NCBI GenBank assembly: GCA_018985225.1
Contig: JADGIF010000102.1
Coordinates: 1-19,952 of the forward strand
Direction of reading: 5' to 3'
Source: Amoeboradix gromovi X-113
Lineage: Eukaryota; Fungi; Sanchytriomycota
DNA length: 19,952 nt
Shown here: piece after piece, positions 1-8,980 of the stretch
How the letters are laid out: the number at the start of each line of letters is the position of its first letter
How positions within the stretch are numbered: position 1 is the first letter of the stretch
The notes under the pieces: model-generated
The model's database searches: none
What the model was told of the DNA's origin: nothing
What the model saw: the letters and a program-made list of their open reading frames with translations, nothing else
Position numbers and translations under genes: made by a program

Positions 1-12
1 AAATTAATAAAG

Positions 13-71
13 CTGAAATAATGTTCCAAGTTGTTACAGAAAGTTAGTCTAGTTTTTATATTTGATGTCCC
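13..71 (-). repeat. Left-end TIR (42-71) plus subterminal sequence of a family A Fanzor-like element that runs off the window to the left
   Basis: AGTTAGTCTAGTTTTTATATTTGATGTCCC at 42-71 matches 11267-11295 except for one T. Similarity continues inward: CTGAAATAA..CAGAA vs TTGAAATAA..CAGAA at ~11238-11266. Confidence 0.85.
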
Positions 72-271
72 ATTTGTTTTGTGAATGGAATTTCACCTTA
101 TCACAGTTCTGGTTTCCCAGAAAAAGTAACAACACTAATTGATCCGCTACAGTAATTTCTCACACTTGCACTAGAATATGGCCGGATTCAATAAGAATCC
201 GTGTATTCTAAGTACATGTCCTTACTGCAGTACTCTCAACCTACCTCCAAACAAAAATTGACTATTGAAAA

Positions 272-830
272 ATGAAAGTGGAGCTACTTCATCTAATCCA
301 TGGTTGGCCAAATATGGAACGCTTCCGTAAAAATCAGTCAATCGAGTTGCTCTTCGTTGAAAGTCCTGATTTCTGTGAAATCGAGAATTTCCACAAAGAA
401 ACTAACAGTGCTAGTAAATCCGTTGCAGTATTGTTTCACTACCCTGAGGCCTGATTGAATAAGGATGCAGATACTTGATGTATATATTCCTTGCTGCCAT
501 ATGGTCCTCTATCTATTTGGTATTCCTAAGGTTGCCACAGCTTGTACATGCATTACAGGTATCAAGATATCGCATTGTTGCACATGTGGTAAGAAATCAC
601 ATACGAATTATTAAACAATTGGTTTACAGGTTTGTTAATGACCTCTTCTAGGCATTGAAAGACATTTTATTGTTTCATGTTTGGACTAGTTCCTCAACGT
701 TCATGAATGTATGCTACAAATATTATTTATTTCTTTAGATTTGACATATTCAGGATTGCGTCCATTGGTTCCATTAACCATATATGAAAATGAATAACAT
801 CGAATATTTAAACAATTGGAAAAATCTGGA
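272..830 (+). pseudogene. Decayed family A ORF fragment (putative N-terminal/middle part of the Fanzor-like gene)
   Basis: 463-488 matches 10669-10694 at 25/26 nt; 378-390 equals the reverse complement of 3948-3960. Translates as IENFHKETNSAS...IE*GCRYLMYIFLAAIWS with stops and frameshifts. Ends approximate. Confidence 0.55.
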
Positions 831-943
831 AAAGTCACGCAATTATATAGATACAAACTCTCGATAAATAATTTATTCTACAAAACTCAAGAACTGTCCC
901 TAATGGCCACAAAACTGATTGGTAGGAGCAAAAGTCTGTAACC

Positions 944-1810
944 ATGAAGATTATAGATGGCAAAAAAATTGCATCTACAATACTAGACTCTCTAAAATCG
1001 CATGTACATAATTCCAAACCTACTTTAGCCATAATTCATGTTGGAAATCGCGCTGATTCCGCCTCTTACATTAAAATGAAGCAGAACGCTGCTAAGAAGA
1101 TTGGATTTGAATGCCAGATACATTGCTATGAAGAAACGATAGATCAAAGCCATTTATTAAGCCATATTGAAGCTTTTAATAACGATGAATCAATACATGG
1201 AATTATTGTACAGCTTCCTCTCCCAAAGGCATTTAGTGCCATTGAAGTCCTAAATGCTGTCAATATATTCAAAGACGTCGATGGTCTTCATCGCGAGAAC
1301 ATTGGTCGTCTATCTAGTAGAATGGACACTCCACTTTTTATACCTTGCACTGCAAGAGGTATTTTACATTTAGTAAAATCAACAGAAGTTGAACTAAAAG
1401 GTTGCCATTGTGTGATAGTAGGTATAAGTGATTTGGTAGGTAGGCCAGTAGGACAGTTGCTATTAAGAGAGGGTTGCACAGTTACTTTTTGTCATTCAAA
1501 AACCAAACAACTACCATCATTTATAAATATGGCCGACATTTTAATAGTAGCTATTGGGTCACCAGAATTTATTCGTGGAGAATGGATCAAAGATAATGCA
1601 GTGGTTATTGATGTAGGATGCAATGCAGTGGATGGTAGCGATTCTTTCAAGCTAGTTGGTGATATTAACTATGAGTCAGCTTGTAGGAAGGCTTCTTTTA
1701 TTACACCAGTTCCTGGAGGAGTAGGTCCTATGACAGTAGCCATGTTGATGAAAAATTTGTCTGAATCTGAACAACGTAAAAGTGAGGCTCTGAAATTAAA
1801 AAATAAATAG
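944..1810 (+). CDS. folD: Methylenetetrahydrofolate dehydrogenase/cyclohydrolase (FolD-type, stand-alone)
   Basis: Motifs IIDGKKIA, HGIIVQLPLP, KDVDG, PCTARG, VIDVG, ITPVPGGVGPMTVAMLMKN; 288 aa. Confidence 0.95.
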   Translation: MKIIDGKKIASTILDSLKSHVHNSKPTLAIIHVGNRADSASYIKMKQNAAKKIGFECQIHCYEETIDQSHLLSHIEAFNNDESIHGIIVQLPLPKAFSAIEVLNAVNIFKDVDGLHRENIGRLSSRMDTPLFIPCTARGILHLVKSTEVELKGCHCVIVGISDLVGRPVGQLLLREGCTVTFCHSKTKQLPSFINMADILIVAIGSPEFIRGEWIKDNAVVIDVGCNAVDGSDSFKLVGDINYESACRKASFITPVPGGVGPMTVAMLMKNLSESEQRKSEALKLKNK

Positions 1811-2041
1811 ATTACCTGTTTTTTTAATTCAGTTGTTCGCAACTACGCAGATTCAATCTCAGAAAGCTAGAGATTTTTGTGAATACTGGCTCATTTCTTT
1901 AGCGAATGTTTAAAAAGATTAGTTAACTCGAAAAAAAGTCCATATTTTATCGCATATGCCCCAGGTGAAAGTTAGTTGCTACCCATTACTCCTTTACGCT
2001 AGCCAGGTAGTTCAACATCACTTGTTAAATTTTCTAAGAGT

Positions 2042-2180
2042 TAAGTTTCTTTAGCATGTACTCACATCTCGATCTGCCATTAAATCACAGTGGACAAAGT
2101 GGTGTGGCCTTGGACTTCTGCAAGTGTTCAACTGCCTTTACCCCCAGTCTACTTCACATAGATCATATCCAACTTGTTTC
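2042..2180 (-). pseudogene. TnpB/Fanzor-like C-terminal relic (family C)
   Basis: Minus strand reads ETSWI*SM*SRLGVK...LCP/(frameshift)CDLMADRDVSTC*, matching the TSxxCxxC...CxxC..ADRDxN zinc-ribbon/RuvC-III pattern. Confidence 0.7.
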
Positions 2181-2195
2181 AACCGAACTTTAGTT

Positions 2196-2471
2196 ATGAT
2201 GAACGATCTAGTTGACTTAGAACAGAAACTCCTACTAGACTTAACCCAGATTAATTCTGAGATTCTAGACGTTAAACACGATTATTATAAATCTAAAAAA
2301 AACATGAACAAAAAACTTGAAGAATCGTTGATTGGAATTCTTGAAGCCAAAACAACATCTCTCAAAGGGTGTGAAGCAGAAGAAATGGAGGGAATGATAG
2401 AGAAGTTGAAGTCGCAGACTTATACAAACCAGGACATGGAGGTTATAAAATCTTTTATTAATAAGATTTAG
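2196..2471 (+). CDS. Small hypothetical protein (91 aa, likely coiled-coil)
   Basis: First ATG at 2196 in the 2124 frame; E/K/L-rich; overlaps the ATP12 3' end by 14 nt, like other convergent pairs here. Confidence 0.55.
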   Translation: MMNDLVDLEQKLLLDLTQINSEILDVKHDYYKSKKNMNKKLEESLIGILEAKTTSLKGCEAEEMEGMIEKLKSQTYTNQDMEVIKSFINKI

Positions 2472-3183
2472 TAAAGGAATTCAAAAATAATTTAACACCG
2501 TTCATTTCTCTTACCACATACTCTTCATCTACATCATGGTTATCTTCGACTTCTCCAAACCATTCTATTTGTGCGATAGTTTCCAAGCGAGCCAAAGTCG
2601 CTGCTTTTGCAGGTTCAATCATTCCTTTGCACAAGGACAACCCGATCAATAGACTTTTAGCTGTTAGAGCACTTCTCTCTATCGCAGCTAGTTCGTATTC
2701 GTTGGCTTCGGAAAGGATCTTCTCAATCGCGTCAGCATCTTTCATATTTGATTGTAAAAAAAGAGTGTTAGTGGTTGGTAGCTTTAAATTAAACTTCTTT
2801 CTTAGCGCGATAAGCAACGGATTTGCATGGATTTCCTGCAGATCCTTTAGATTGCTGGGAAACTCGCTAGTAAAGCATAGCGCATCATTTTTAAAAAAAT
2901 CAAGAAGCTGCTTTGTGCATTCATTTTTAGAGTTTATGACTTTTAGATCTAATGCTCTTGAGTAGAGTTGAGATAAAGGAAGTCTTGAAGGCTTTAGTTC
3001 TTTCAACATATTCCATTCCACTAATAGTGATTGAGCAAAATCCTCGGCATGAAAAGGCACTAATATCTCACGATTATTAATCTTCAAAGGCCTATCTTTT
3101 GCTAGGATTTGAAAACCTTTTTGGCTTTTGAAAATCTTCATATTTTTAAGTAACTGTAAGCCAGTAGAAGCCATTGAAGTCAT
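2458..3183 (-). CDS. ATP12: Mitochondrial F1-ATPase assembly chaperone Atp12
   Basis: Motifs DRPLK, EWN..., LPLSQLYSRALD, AKSLLIGL, LARLETIAQIEWFGEVEDNHDVD. Confidence 0.9.
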   Translation of the reverse strand: MTSMASTGLQLLKNMKIFKSQKGFQILAKDRPLKINNREILVPFHAEDFAQSLLVEWNMLKELKPSRLPLSQLYSRALDLKVINSKNECTKQLLDFFKNDALCFTSEFPSNLKDLQEIHANPLLIALRKKFNLKLPTTNTLFLQSNMKDADAIEKILSEANEYELAAIERSALTAKSLLIGLSLCKGMIEPAKAATLARLETIAQIEWFGEVEDNHDVDEEYVVREMNGVKLFLNSFTKSY

Positions 3184-3185
3184 AT

Positions 3186-3260
3186 TCTATGAAAACTACA
3201 CTCAAGGGGTAATGGGGGACAATGGCAGATCTGGATTTTAACTGAGCAAATTATTTATTA
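3186..3260 (+). pseudogene. Short TnpB/Fanzor-like C-terminal relic (family C)
   Basis: Reads SMKTTLKG*WGTMADLDFN*ANYL; ATGGCAGATC is shared with the 2042-2180 relic; resembles ADRDxNAAxNI. Confidence 0.5.
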
Positions 3261-3351
3261 TAATTTCATAACTATTATCACTTCAATAGACCTACAATAT
3301 ATAATTTTTTAAATGCACAAAAAATCCATACTCTTTTCATCCATAACAATT

Positions 3352-3990
3352 GGGACACCAAATATAAAAACTAGACCAAGTCGTTTTTAAAGTAGGTGCT
3401 CCATAAGGAGGAAATACCATTATTAATAAAAGCTCTTCTTTCAAACCAATTTTCTTTCATTAATGTCATTCTTCTCTTTAAAATAAGACAAGATGACCCA
3501 CTATCTCTTTCAAATATACAAGGTCTCTGAGTGTTTAAGCAAAAGGCGCATTATCTTAGACGATACTCTTTATCTGTTCCATTTTCTAATGTTTCCAAGC
3601 TACCACTGCGAGAATATCTCATATCAACATGCATCTGCAAGCGATATAGAATAACTCTTCTACACTCACAAATAGTCTAAAATGGAGGTTCTCGTCAAAA
3701 TAAACGCAAAACTTTAGTGAACACAATGATGCATTTACCTAATCAAACTTTTGCATAGTGCAGCACTCCTAAGAAATCAACTTGAAAGTATAAACGTTTA
3801 TAAACTGTTATTTTCAAATAGATAGAGACCATATTGCATCAAGAAACACATACTTGCAATATTGACCCTTTTCAATACCAAAGCAAGATAGTAAGGAGTG
3901 AGCAAAGCATTGTAGCGGTGAGACTGGCCTTGTTGGTGTCTCTTTACAAATTCTCGATTTTTAGTAAACCATGACTTTAAATAAGGAGAT
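3352..3990 (-). mobile_element. Decayed family A Fanzor-like element with right-end TIR (3352-3376), C-terminal zinc-ribbon/RuvC region and an upstream fragment
   Basis: Minus strand reads CVYFDE../TICEC...ENGTDKEYRLR*CAFCLNTQRPCIFERDSGSSCLILKRR. 3352-3587 is collinear with 10845-11076, including an exact 34-nt run (3554-3587 = 11043-11076). Confidence 0.8.
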
Positions 3991-3998
3991 AAATTAGT

Positions 3999-4610
3999 TT
4001 ACTCTTTGCTAACATCCTCATTTTTTACTTCCCTTTGCCTCCTTTGGGGGATCGATTTATTTAAAAATTCCCAGTTCCCAGTATTATAAAACTGCAAAAG
4101 AATTTCTACTACTTGGTTTACAGTCAAAACAGATGACATAGATAGATTAACATTTTCGTTTAGAGGAAGTCTAGCTGTTCGCATTCCTAAGCTATTAGCC
4201 TTTTCTAAGCACAAATTTTTGTGCCTGTTTTTGTCTACAATTCCGCCCACAACATATGTTGTGCTCAAGTCTAAACTCTCAAGAGTTTCGGTCGCGTCAG
4301 CAGTGAGATAAACCACATTTTCTAACACCTCTTCAATGGGCTGCTTGTACAGTTCAATGTATTTTATATTCCACATTTTTGCGTCTCGAGTTTTTAGCAT
4401 CTTCCATGATTTTGGAGAACATCCCATCACTAGTAATTTGCACGGATTCTTTAGCTTCCTGTTATAGGAATAGCAGTAACGAACCTGATCAATTAGGGAT
4501 TTAAGTTCCTTGTGGCTCATGTACTTGTCAAAATCAAGGTCAATACAAATTTCCAACGCATTGGAATCAATTTCACCCATGAAGTCTCCTAATTTTTTCA
4601 GTGCCTCCAT
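3999..4610 (-). CDS. TRM10: tRNA m1G9 methyltransferase Trm10
   Basis: Motifs ICIDLDFDKYM, QVRYCYSYNR, VYLTADA, YVVGGIVDKNRHK, TARLPL, VLTVNQVVEIL. Confidence 0.95.
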   Translation of the reverse strand: MEALKKLGDFMGEIDSNALEICIDLDFDKYMSHKELKSLIDQVRYCYSYNRKLKNPCKLLVMGCSPKSWKMLKTRDAKMWNIKYIELYKQPIEEVLENVVYLTADATETLESLDLSTTYVVGGIVDKNRHKNLCLEKANSLGMRTARLPLNENVNLSMSSVLTVNQVVEILLQFYNTGNWEFLNKSIPQRRQREVKNEDVSKE

Positions 4611-4743
4611 TGAGTTCGAAGATACAATAAATGAAGGCGATTCGAAAGCCAGGACATTTGGAGTTATAGACTACGCTTTTGCTGAAAAAAGTAATATTTC
4701 TGATTCTTTTGCGCCTAGGATAGATGCGATGATCCAAAAGAAT

Positions 4744-4925
4744 TCAGAGTTCACATATCTCAAGTATAGACAACTTTAGTAGATACCATTTGAACATGTT
4801 CTTTCCTAGATCGATATATCTATAGTCTTGTGACCGCAATGATAGCATTTCAACTAGCGAAAATTACACTTTCTCTTGTGTTATGGCCACATTTAAAGCA
4901 TGTAGCAGTGAAATAGGACTTATTC
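4744..4925 (-). pseudogene. TnpB/Fanzor-like C-terminal relic (family B, intronless copy)
   Basis: Minus strand, with frameshifts: NKSYFTATCFKCGH...FR*LKCYHCGH/DYRYIDLGKNMFKWYL; DNA paralog of 13290-13405. Confidence 0.8.
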
Positions 4926-5068
4926 AATCTGGCTGTGTGATTTGGTGGCATGTGTTATTGAACGATAGAATTAGTGTGGCCGTAATAAATGTTTTTTCAG
5001 CGTATATCCCAAACTGCTCCATTTTACGTTCTTTCTTGGTGAAATTAGGCCAAACCTCGGCTTTTACC

Positions 5069-5998
5069 ATGATTCACGTTGGAATATTACAAATCTTGGT
5101 TTCTTCTCTGTGTTTATCTGTTATGTCCTTTGTTATTAAAGACTTACATAATATTTCATCTTCCAACTTATTGTATCATAGAGCTATCATACAAATTATT
5201 TTATGTCTGTTATTTTCTTTGATCATCAGAGTGAATCCAATAGGTGAGAAGAATATGTTTAAGCTATTACACTTACGAGGAATTGTTGGCGGAATAGCCG
5301 TATTACTCTATTTTGCTACTCTTAAAGAGATTCCTGTCAGTACCGCAACTGCGCTATTTATGACTACTCCATTGTACACAATATTTCTCGCTAGAATGTT
5401 TCTCCAAGACAAGATCACATACTCCAAATCTTTAGCAGTATTTCTTGTATTACTGGGAACTGTATTAATCGCACACCCTAGTTCTTGGACCGATAAGCAA
5501 TCTGATTTAATTGGGTCCATTTTTGCAATATCAGAAGCAATGGTAGCTGCAATAGCGGTAACTATAATTAAAATTATTGGTAACCGAGCTCATTATGTTC
5601 AGCTTGTGTTCTATTTAAGCGTCTATATGCTCATCATGGGATTAGGCCTTAGTATTGTTGAAGGGTTTGTCCCAATTTTTGACGTCCGTGTAATAATAAT
5701 AGGATTCCTAGCAACTGCAGGACAACTACTGATGAATGCAGGACTTCAAAAGGTGACCGCAGTTGTCGGAATGACAGTAAGGTGTTCAGAGGTTCTGTTT
5801 GCGTTTATTATCGGTATATTTGTTGGCGAAGATATAACCAACCAGTCCATTTACGGGTCTGTTTTGATCATATTAGGGAGTTATTTAGTTGGAAGAAAAA
5901 GCAAATCTGACCCAGAATTCACGAGAGTAAAATCTGAGACCAACGACGAGGAAGCTCAAGTTTTAAAGAGAAAGAGCTTCAGTAGCGATGATAAATAA
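5069..5998 (+). CDS. EamA/DMT-family (SLC35G-like) membrane transporter
   Basis: About 10 hydrophobic segments; motifs LRGIVG, IPVSTATALFMTTPLYTIFLARMFLQDK, GQLLMNAGLQ. Start moved to ATG 5069 because the upstream extension overlaps a Fanzor relic. Confidence 0.9.
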   Translation: MIHVGILQILVSSLCLSVMSFVIKDLHNISSSNLLYHRAIIQIILCLLFSLIIRVNPIGEKNMFKLLHLRGIVGGIAVLLYFATLKEIPVSTATALFMTTPLYTIFLARMFLQDKITYSKSLAVFLVLLGTVLIAHPSSWTDKQSDLIGSIFAISEAMVAAIAVTIIKIIGNRAHYVQLVFYLSVYMLIMGLGLSIVEGFVPIFDVRVIIIGFLATAGQLLMNAGLQKVTAVVGMTVRCSEVLFAFIIGIFVGEDITNQSIYGSVLIILGSYLVGRKSKSDPEFTRVKSETNDEEAQVLKRKSFSSDDK

Positions 5999-6003
5999 AT
6001 TTA

Positions 6004-7972
6004 CTATTCGCTATGCACGTGGGTATGCTCTTTTATATTAGTGTGTTCTTTCAAATTTACATGCTCTGTTGCTGACTCATCTAGCGCCGAAATCGAGTTA
6101 TTGACCGAATGGAGTGGATCCAATAAATCATGAAGGGATGTCAGTGGATTTTCGTCTTTATGAATGACGTAATGTTCTTTGTTTTGTTCTTTATGCTGTT
6201 CATCGCTCAAATCAGATTTTAACTGAACGTGCTGCTTGGAGTAGTCGTCCAAATACTTGTTTATATTGTCCCCTAATCTCCTCATCTTATTGTTTCCAGA
6301 TAAGTCTTCAACACTAGAACTTGGCAAAAGTGTTGTATTTGTTCTTGATGGGACTGGAGGTGCCACTGGAGGCAATGCTTGTGGTGCAGGGGTAGTAAAA
6401 CTCTCTTTTGTCGAGACTATAGTTTTTTGTACTTTCCTGGCAATCAAACCCAAATTAGAACCAACGCCAAGTTTCGCGAATCTACTTTGCGATATTTCTT
6501 TTTCTAGTGGTGCTTTTTCTTCAGTTGTTGCAGGCTCGTGTTCTTCCTTAGGCACTTCTTTTGCAACATCTTTTGGAACTTCTTTCAAATGTATTTCAGA
6601 TGGCTCGGATCCGAACATTTCTGTAATTATATTATTTACTTCCGGTGATCTTACTATGTCTTGCTGAATAGGCTGATCCGGTTCATTCTTCTTATCGATA
6701 CTTGGAGTTGAAGAGTGATGGCGAATTTGTTGAGATACGGAAGTTGCTACATTGAGGTCATCTGCTCTAGGTATTGAGCTCGGGGCAACCGAATATGCGA
6801 CACTCTTTCTTCGTGCTAAATCAGTTTTTGGTGAATTTAATTTTTCCAAAATCTCTGGAGTCGCTGGAGAGTCGAACACTAGGTCTAGTGGGAACACGTT
6901 TCGATATTCCATCTTTGGAAGAACCATTGATTCTCGAAATACTTCTCTACATTAAATAAAAATACAAAATTCGTTTTTCTAATAATGAGCCAAGCAGCCC
7001 AATTTTAACTTGCCGGTTGGATACCCTGGGTTCGACTGATACCTCAAATATTGTATCGCTATAAAACCCGTAGTAAAAGTGATTAATTGGTAATTGTGGG
7101 AATTTTATTAACAACTTACCTGCAAGTTTCTTCAGAGTGAAGTTAAAACTAACATTCAGCAAGAATCCAGAGTTATGCGAAACATCATTAGATTCCTTGG
7201 TAGATGTTGGATTGGTGAAATAATTAAATCCTGGAACTTTCAAGTTGACTGTGATATCTAAAATCATAGACAATCCAGAGTACTCAAATTGACCATCGAT
7301 TAATATAGTACCATCTTCCTCTAGTCCAATTACCTTTAGCTCTTGGAATTTGGGTGGGTCTGCATATTCCAAATGGGTGATCTTAATATTTTGAAAATAA
7401 TCAGATTTCATTCGAGAATTGAATTTATCACTCAAATATGACAACTGCCTTTCTTTAAAAGTTTTAGAGGTTGTGTAGGCTATAAACTGACGCGCAACTA
7501 GTAAGTTGAAGATTGTATCCTTATTTTCAAATGTAGGATCGATCATCGAAGTGTGCGCAAAACATTTCAAGAACAACTTTTGCGACTGAGAGTTTTTGTA
7601 TTGGTTAGATCTTTCAATTAATGCCATGTACCAGCACCAAAGTTCTTCCTGGTTTAAGAATTTTAGAGATATTAATTCGGAAGATTGAATAATCAGCATA
7701 TCTGTATGATAATATATATGGGCATTTGATATATCTATGGACCTGTGCATAGATGTCATGATCAAAATACTCTTGTGCAACTGGACAGTACATGGTGAGT
7801 TGTTTACAAAACAGCTACAAGTGAGTATATTCAGCAGAACCTGGTTATTTACTTCATTTGAGGTCAATAAACGATCGTTTTTTTGTTTTGGCAAGTTGTA
7901 TATATAATAAATAGGTACTAAATACGCAATCAATATACCAATTAATATTCCCAGAAGTAGAGACGAAATCAT
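6004..7972 (-). CDS. NVJ2: Nvj2/TEX2-like SMP-domain membrane-contact-site protein; 2 exons (7972-6966, 6946-6004), 649 aa
   Basis: N-terminal TM, PH-like region (EELWCWYMAL) and SMP motifs (FNLLVARQF, LKKLAGKLLIKFPQLPINHFYYGF). Splicing gives LEKRILEVFRESMVLPKM, the expected end of the SMP domain. Confidence 0.8.
6947..6965 (-). other. 19-nt spliceosomal intron GTATTTTTATTTAATGTAG
   Basis: GT-AG; removal joins ORFs 6947-7972 and 6004-6927 in frame. Confidence 0.88.
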
Positions 7973-8003
7973 ATGGTTTCAAGATGAAAAATTTTAAATT
8001 AAT

Positions 8004-8786
8004 CTATAATGATTTACTAATGAATTTGTACACCTCAGTTGCTTCTGGAATGTGAGACCTCGCTAACAAATATGGTTTTAATATGTTTTTGAATTCCTCA
8101 TCTAAATTAATAACTAAAATACCTATCCAGTATTGAAATTTAGGCGTAAATACGACTTTAGATATACAAGAAACTACCACAGTATCATTGGGTTGTTCAT
8201 TTTGGCACCACAAGTACAGTATTTGTTTTATAAATGGGAATGGCATTTTATTTGATTCTAAATTTTGTATTAACTGGTCGGCGAGCTGCAAAGAACAAGG
8301 CGTCCATTTGTTAAGTATGTATAAGTTGGTATTCAGGGATTGTGAATAATCGAACAACCTTTGTTCCTTGTCTTTATCCAGATGCACGCGGTCAGGTGTG
8401 TACATCATTTCAAATTCCTTAATTTTCTCTATAGTGGACAATGTTTCTTGTGAGTACTCTTTTTTCTTGAATTTCATAGAGTGCCCCATTATATCCTTTG
8501 TCGAAAGAGATAAATAATCCTTTGTTGTCAGAGTATGAAGAAGATAATGTATAGTTCCATTATTTTCATACTTTTTCTGTAATAATTGATCAAAAAACGG
8601 AATAAAAGGATGGTCATTTATATAGCTAACAAATATAAACACTATAGCATTAACCGCAAATGAAATTTGGCTAAAATCAAGACTTTTGGCCAGATTCATG
8701 CACTTTCTAAATTTCTCCTCGTTATTGAACATTAAAGACATATCATGAATAGTTTTGAATGATATGTTGTTGGCTCTCAGTTCCAT
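8004..8786 (-). CDS. Hypothetical protein, possibly a divergent CNOT11 (CCR4-NOT subunit)
   Basis: 260-aa ORF; HPFIPFFDQLL and C-terminal SCIS...SHIPEATEVYKFI loosely resemble CNOT11 motifs. Confidence 0.5.
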   Translation of the reverse strand: MELRANNISFKTIHDMSLMFNNEEKFRKCMNLAKSLDFSQISFAVNAIVFIFVSYINDHPFIPFFDQLLQKKYENNGTIHYLLHTLTTKDYLSLSTKDIMGHSMKFKKKEYSQETLSTIEKIKEFEMMYTPDRVHLDKDKEQRLFDYSQSLNTNLYILNKWTPCSLQLADQLIQNLESNKMPFPFIKQILYLWCQNEQPNDTVVVSCISKVVFTPKFQYWIGILVINLDEEFKNILKPYLLARSHIPEATEVYKFISKSL

Positions 8787-8980
8787 TAATAAAAATTACA
8801 ACACGCGGGTAACAAGGAGGAAAAAGATAAATAATATTTACTGTTTTAACCACAAGAGCAGAGGGATGGTACCCAAGAAGCAGCTAATGGTAAAGACATA
8901 AAGTTGTAGCACTTTTATCTAGCACTTGATGGGATATCAGACAATAAACTTTTCACGGAATCCGTAAGTGTTTCATTTTG

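Noticed and set aside
1052-1076. TCCGCCTCT in folD matches the flank beyond the 10845 right end (possible guide target)
   Set aside because: Only 9 contiguous nt; compatible with chance
2154-2165. TGA at both Cys positions of a CxxC (possible Sec or TGA recoding)
   Set aside because: The relic is also frameshifted, the paralog has TGC, no intact gene has an in-frame TGA, and ERG8 ends in TGA
4883-5068. 62-aa N-terminal extension of the EamA ORF
   Set aside because: Partly antisense to a Fanzor relic; transporter similarity begins at ATG 5069
8787-8980. Divergent intergenic gap checked for another relic or a 5' intron (GTAAGT at 8964)
   Set aside because: No convincing motif and no AG at 19 nt
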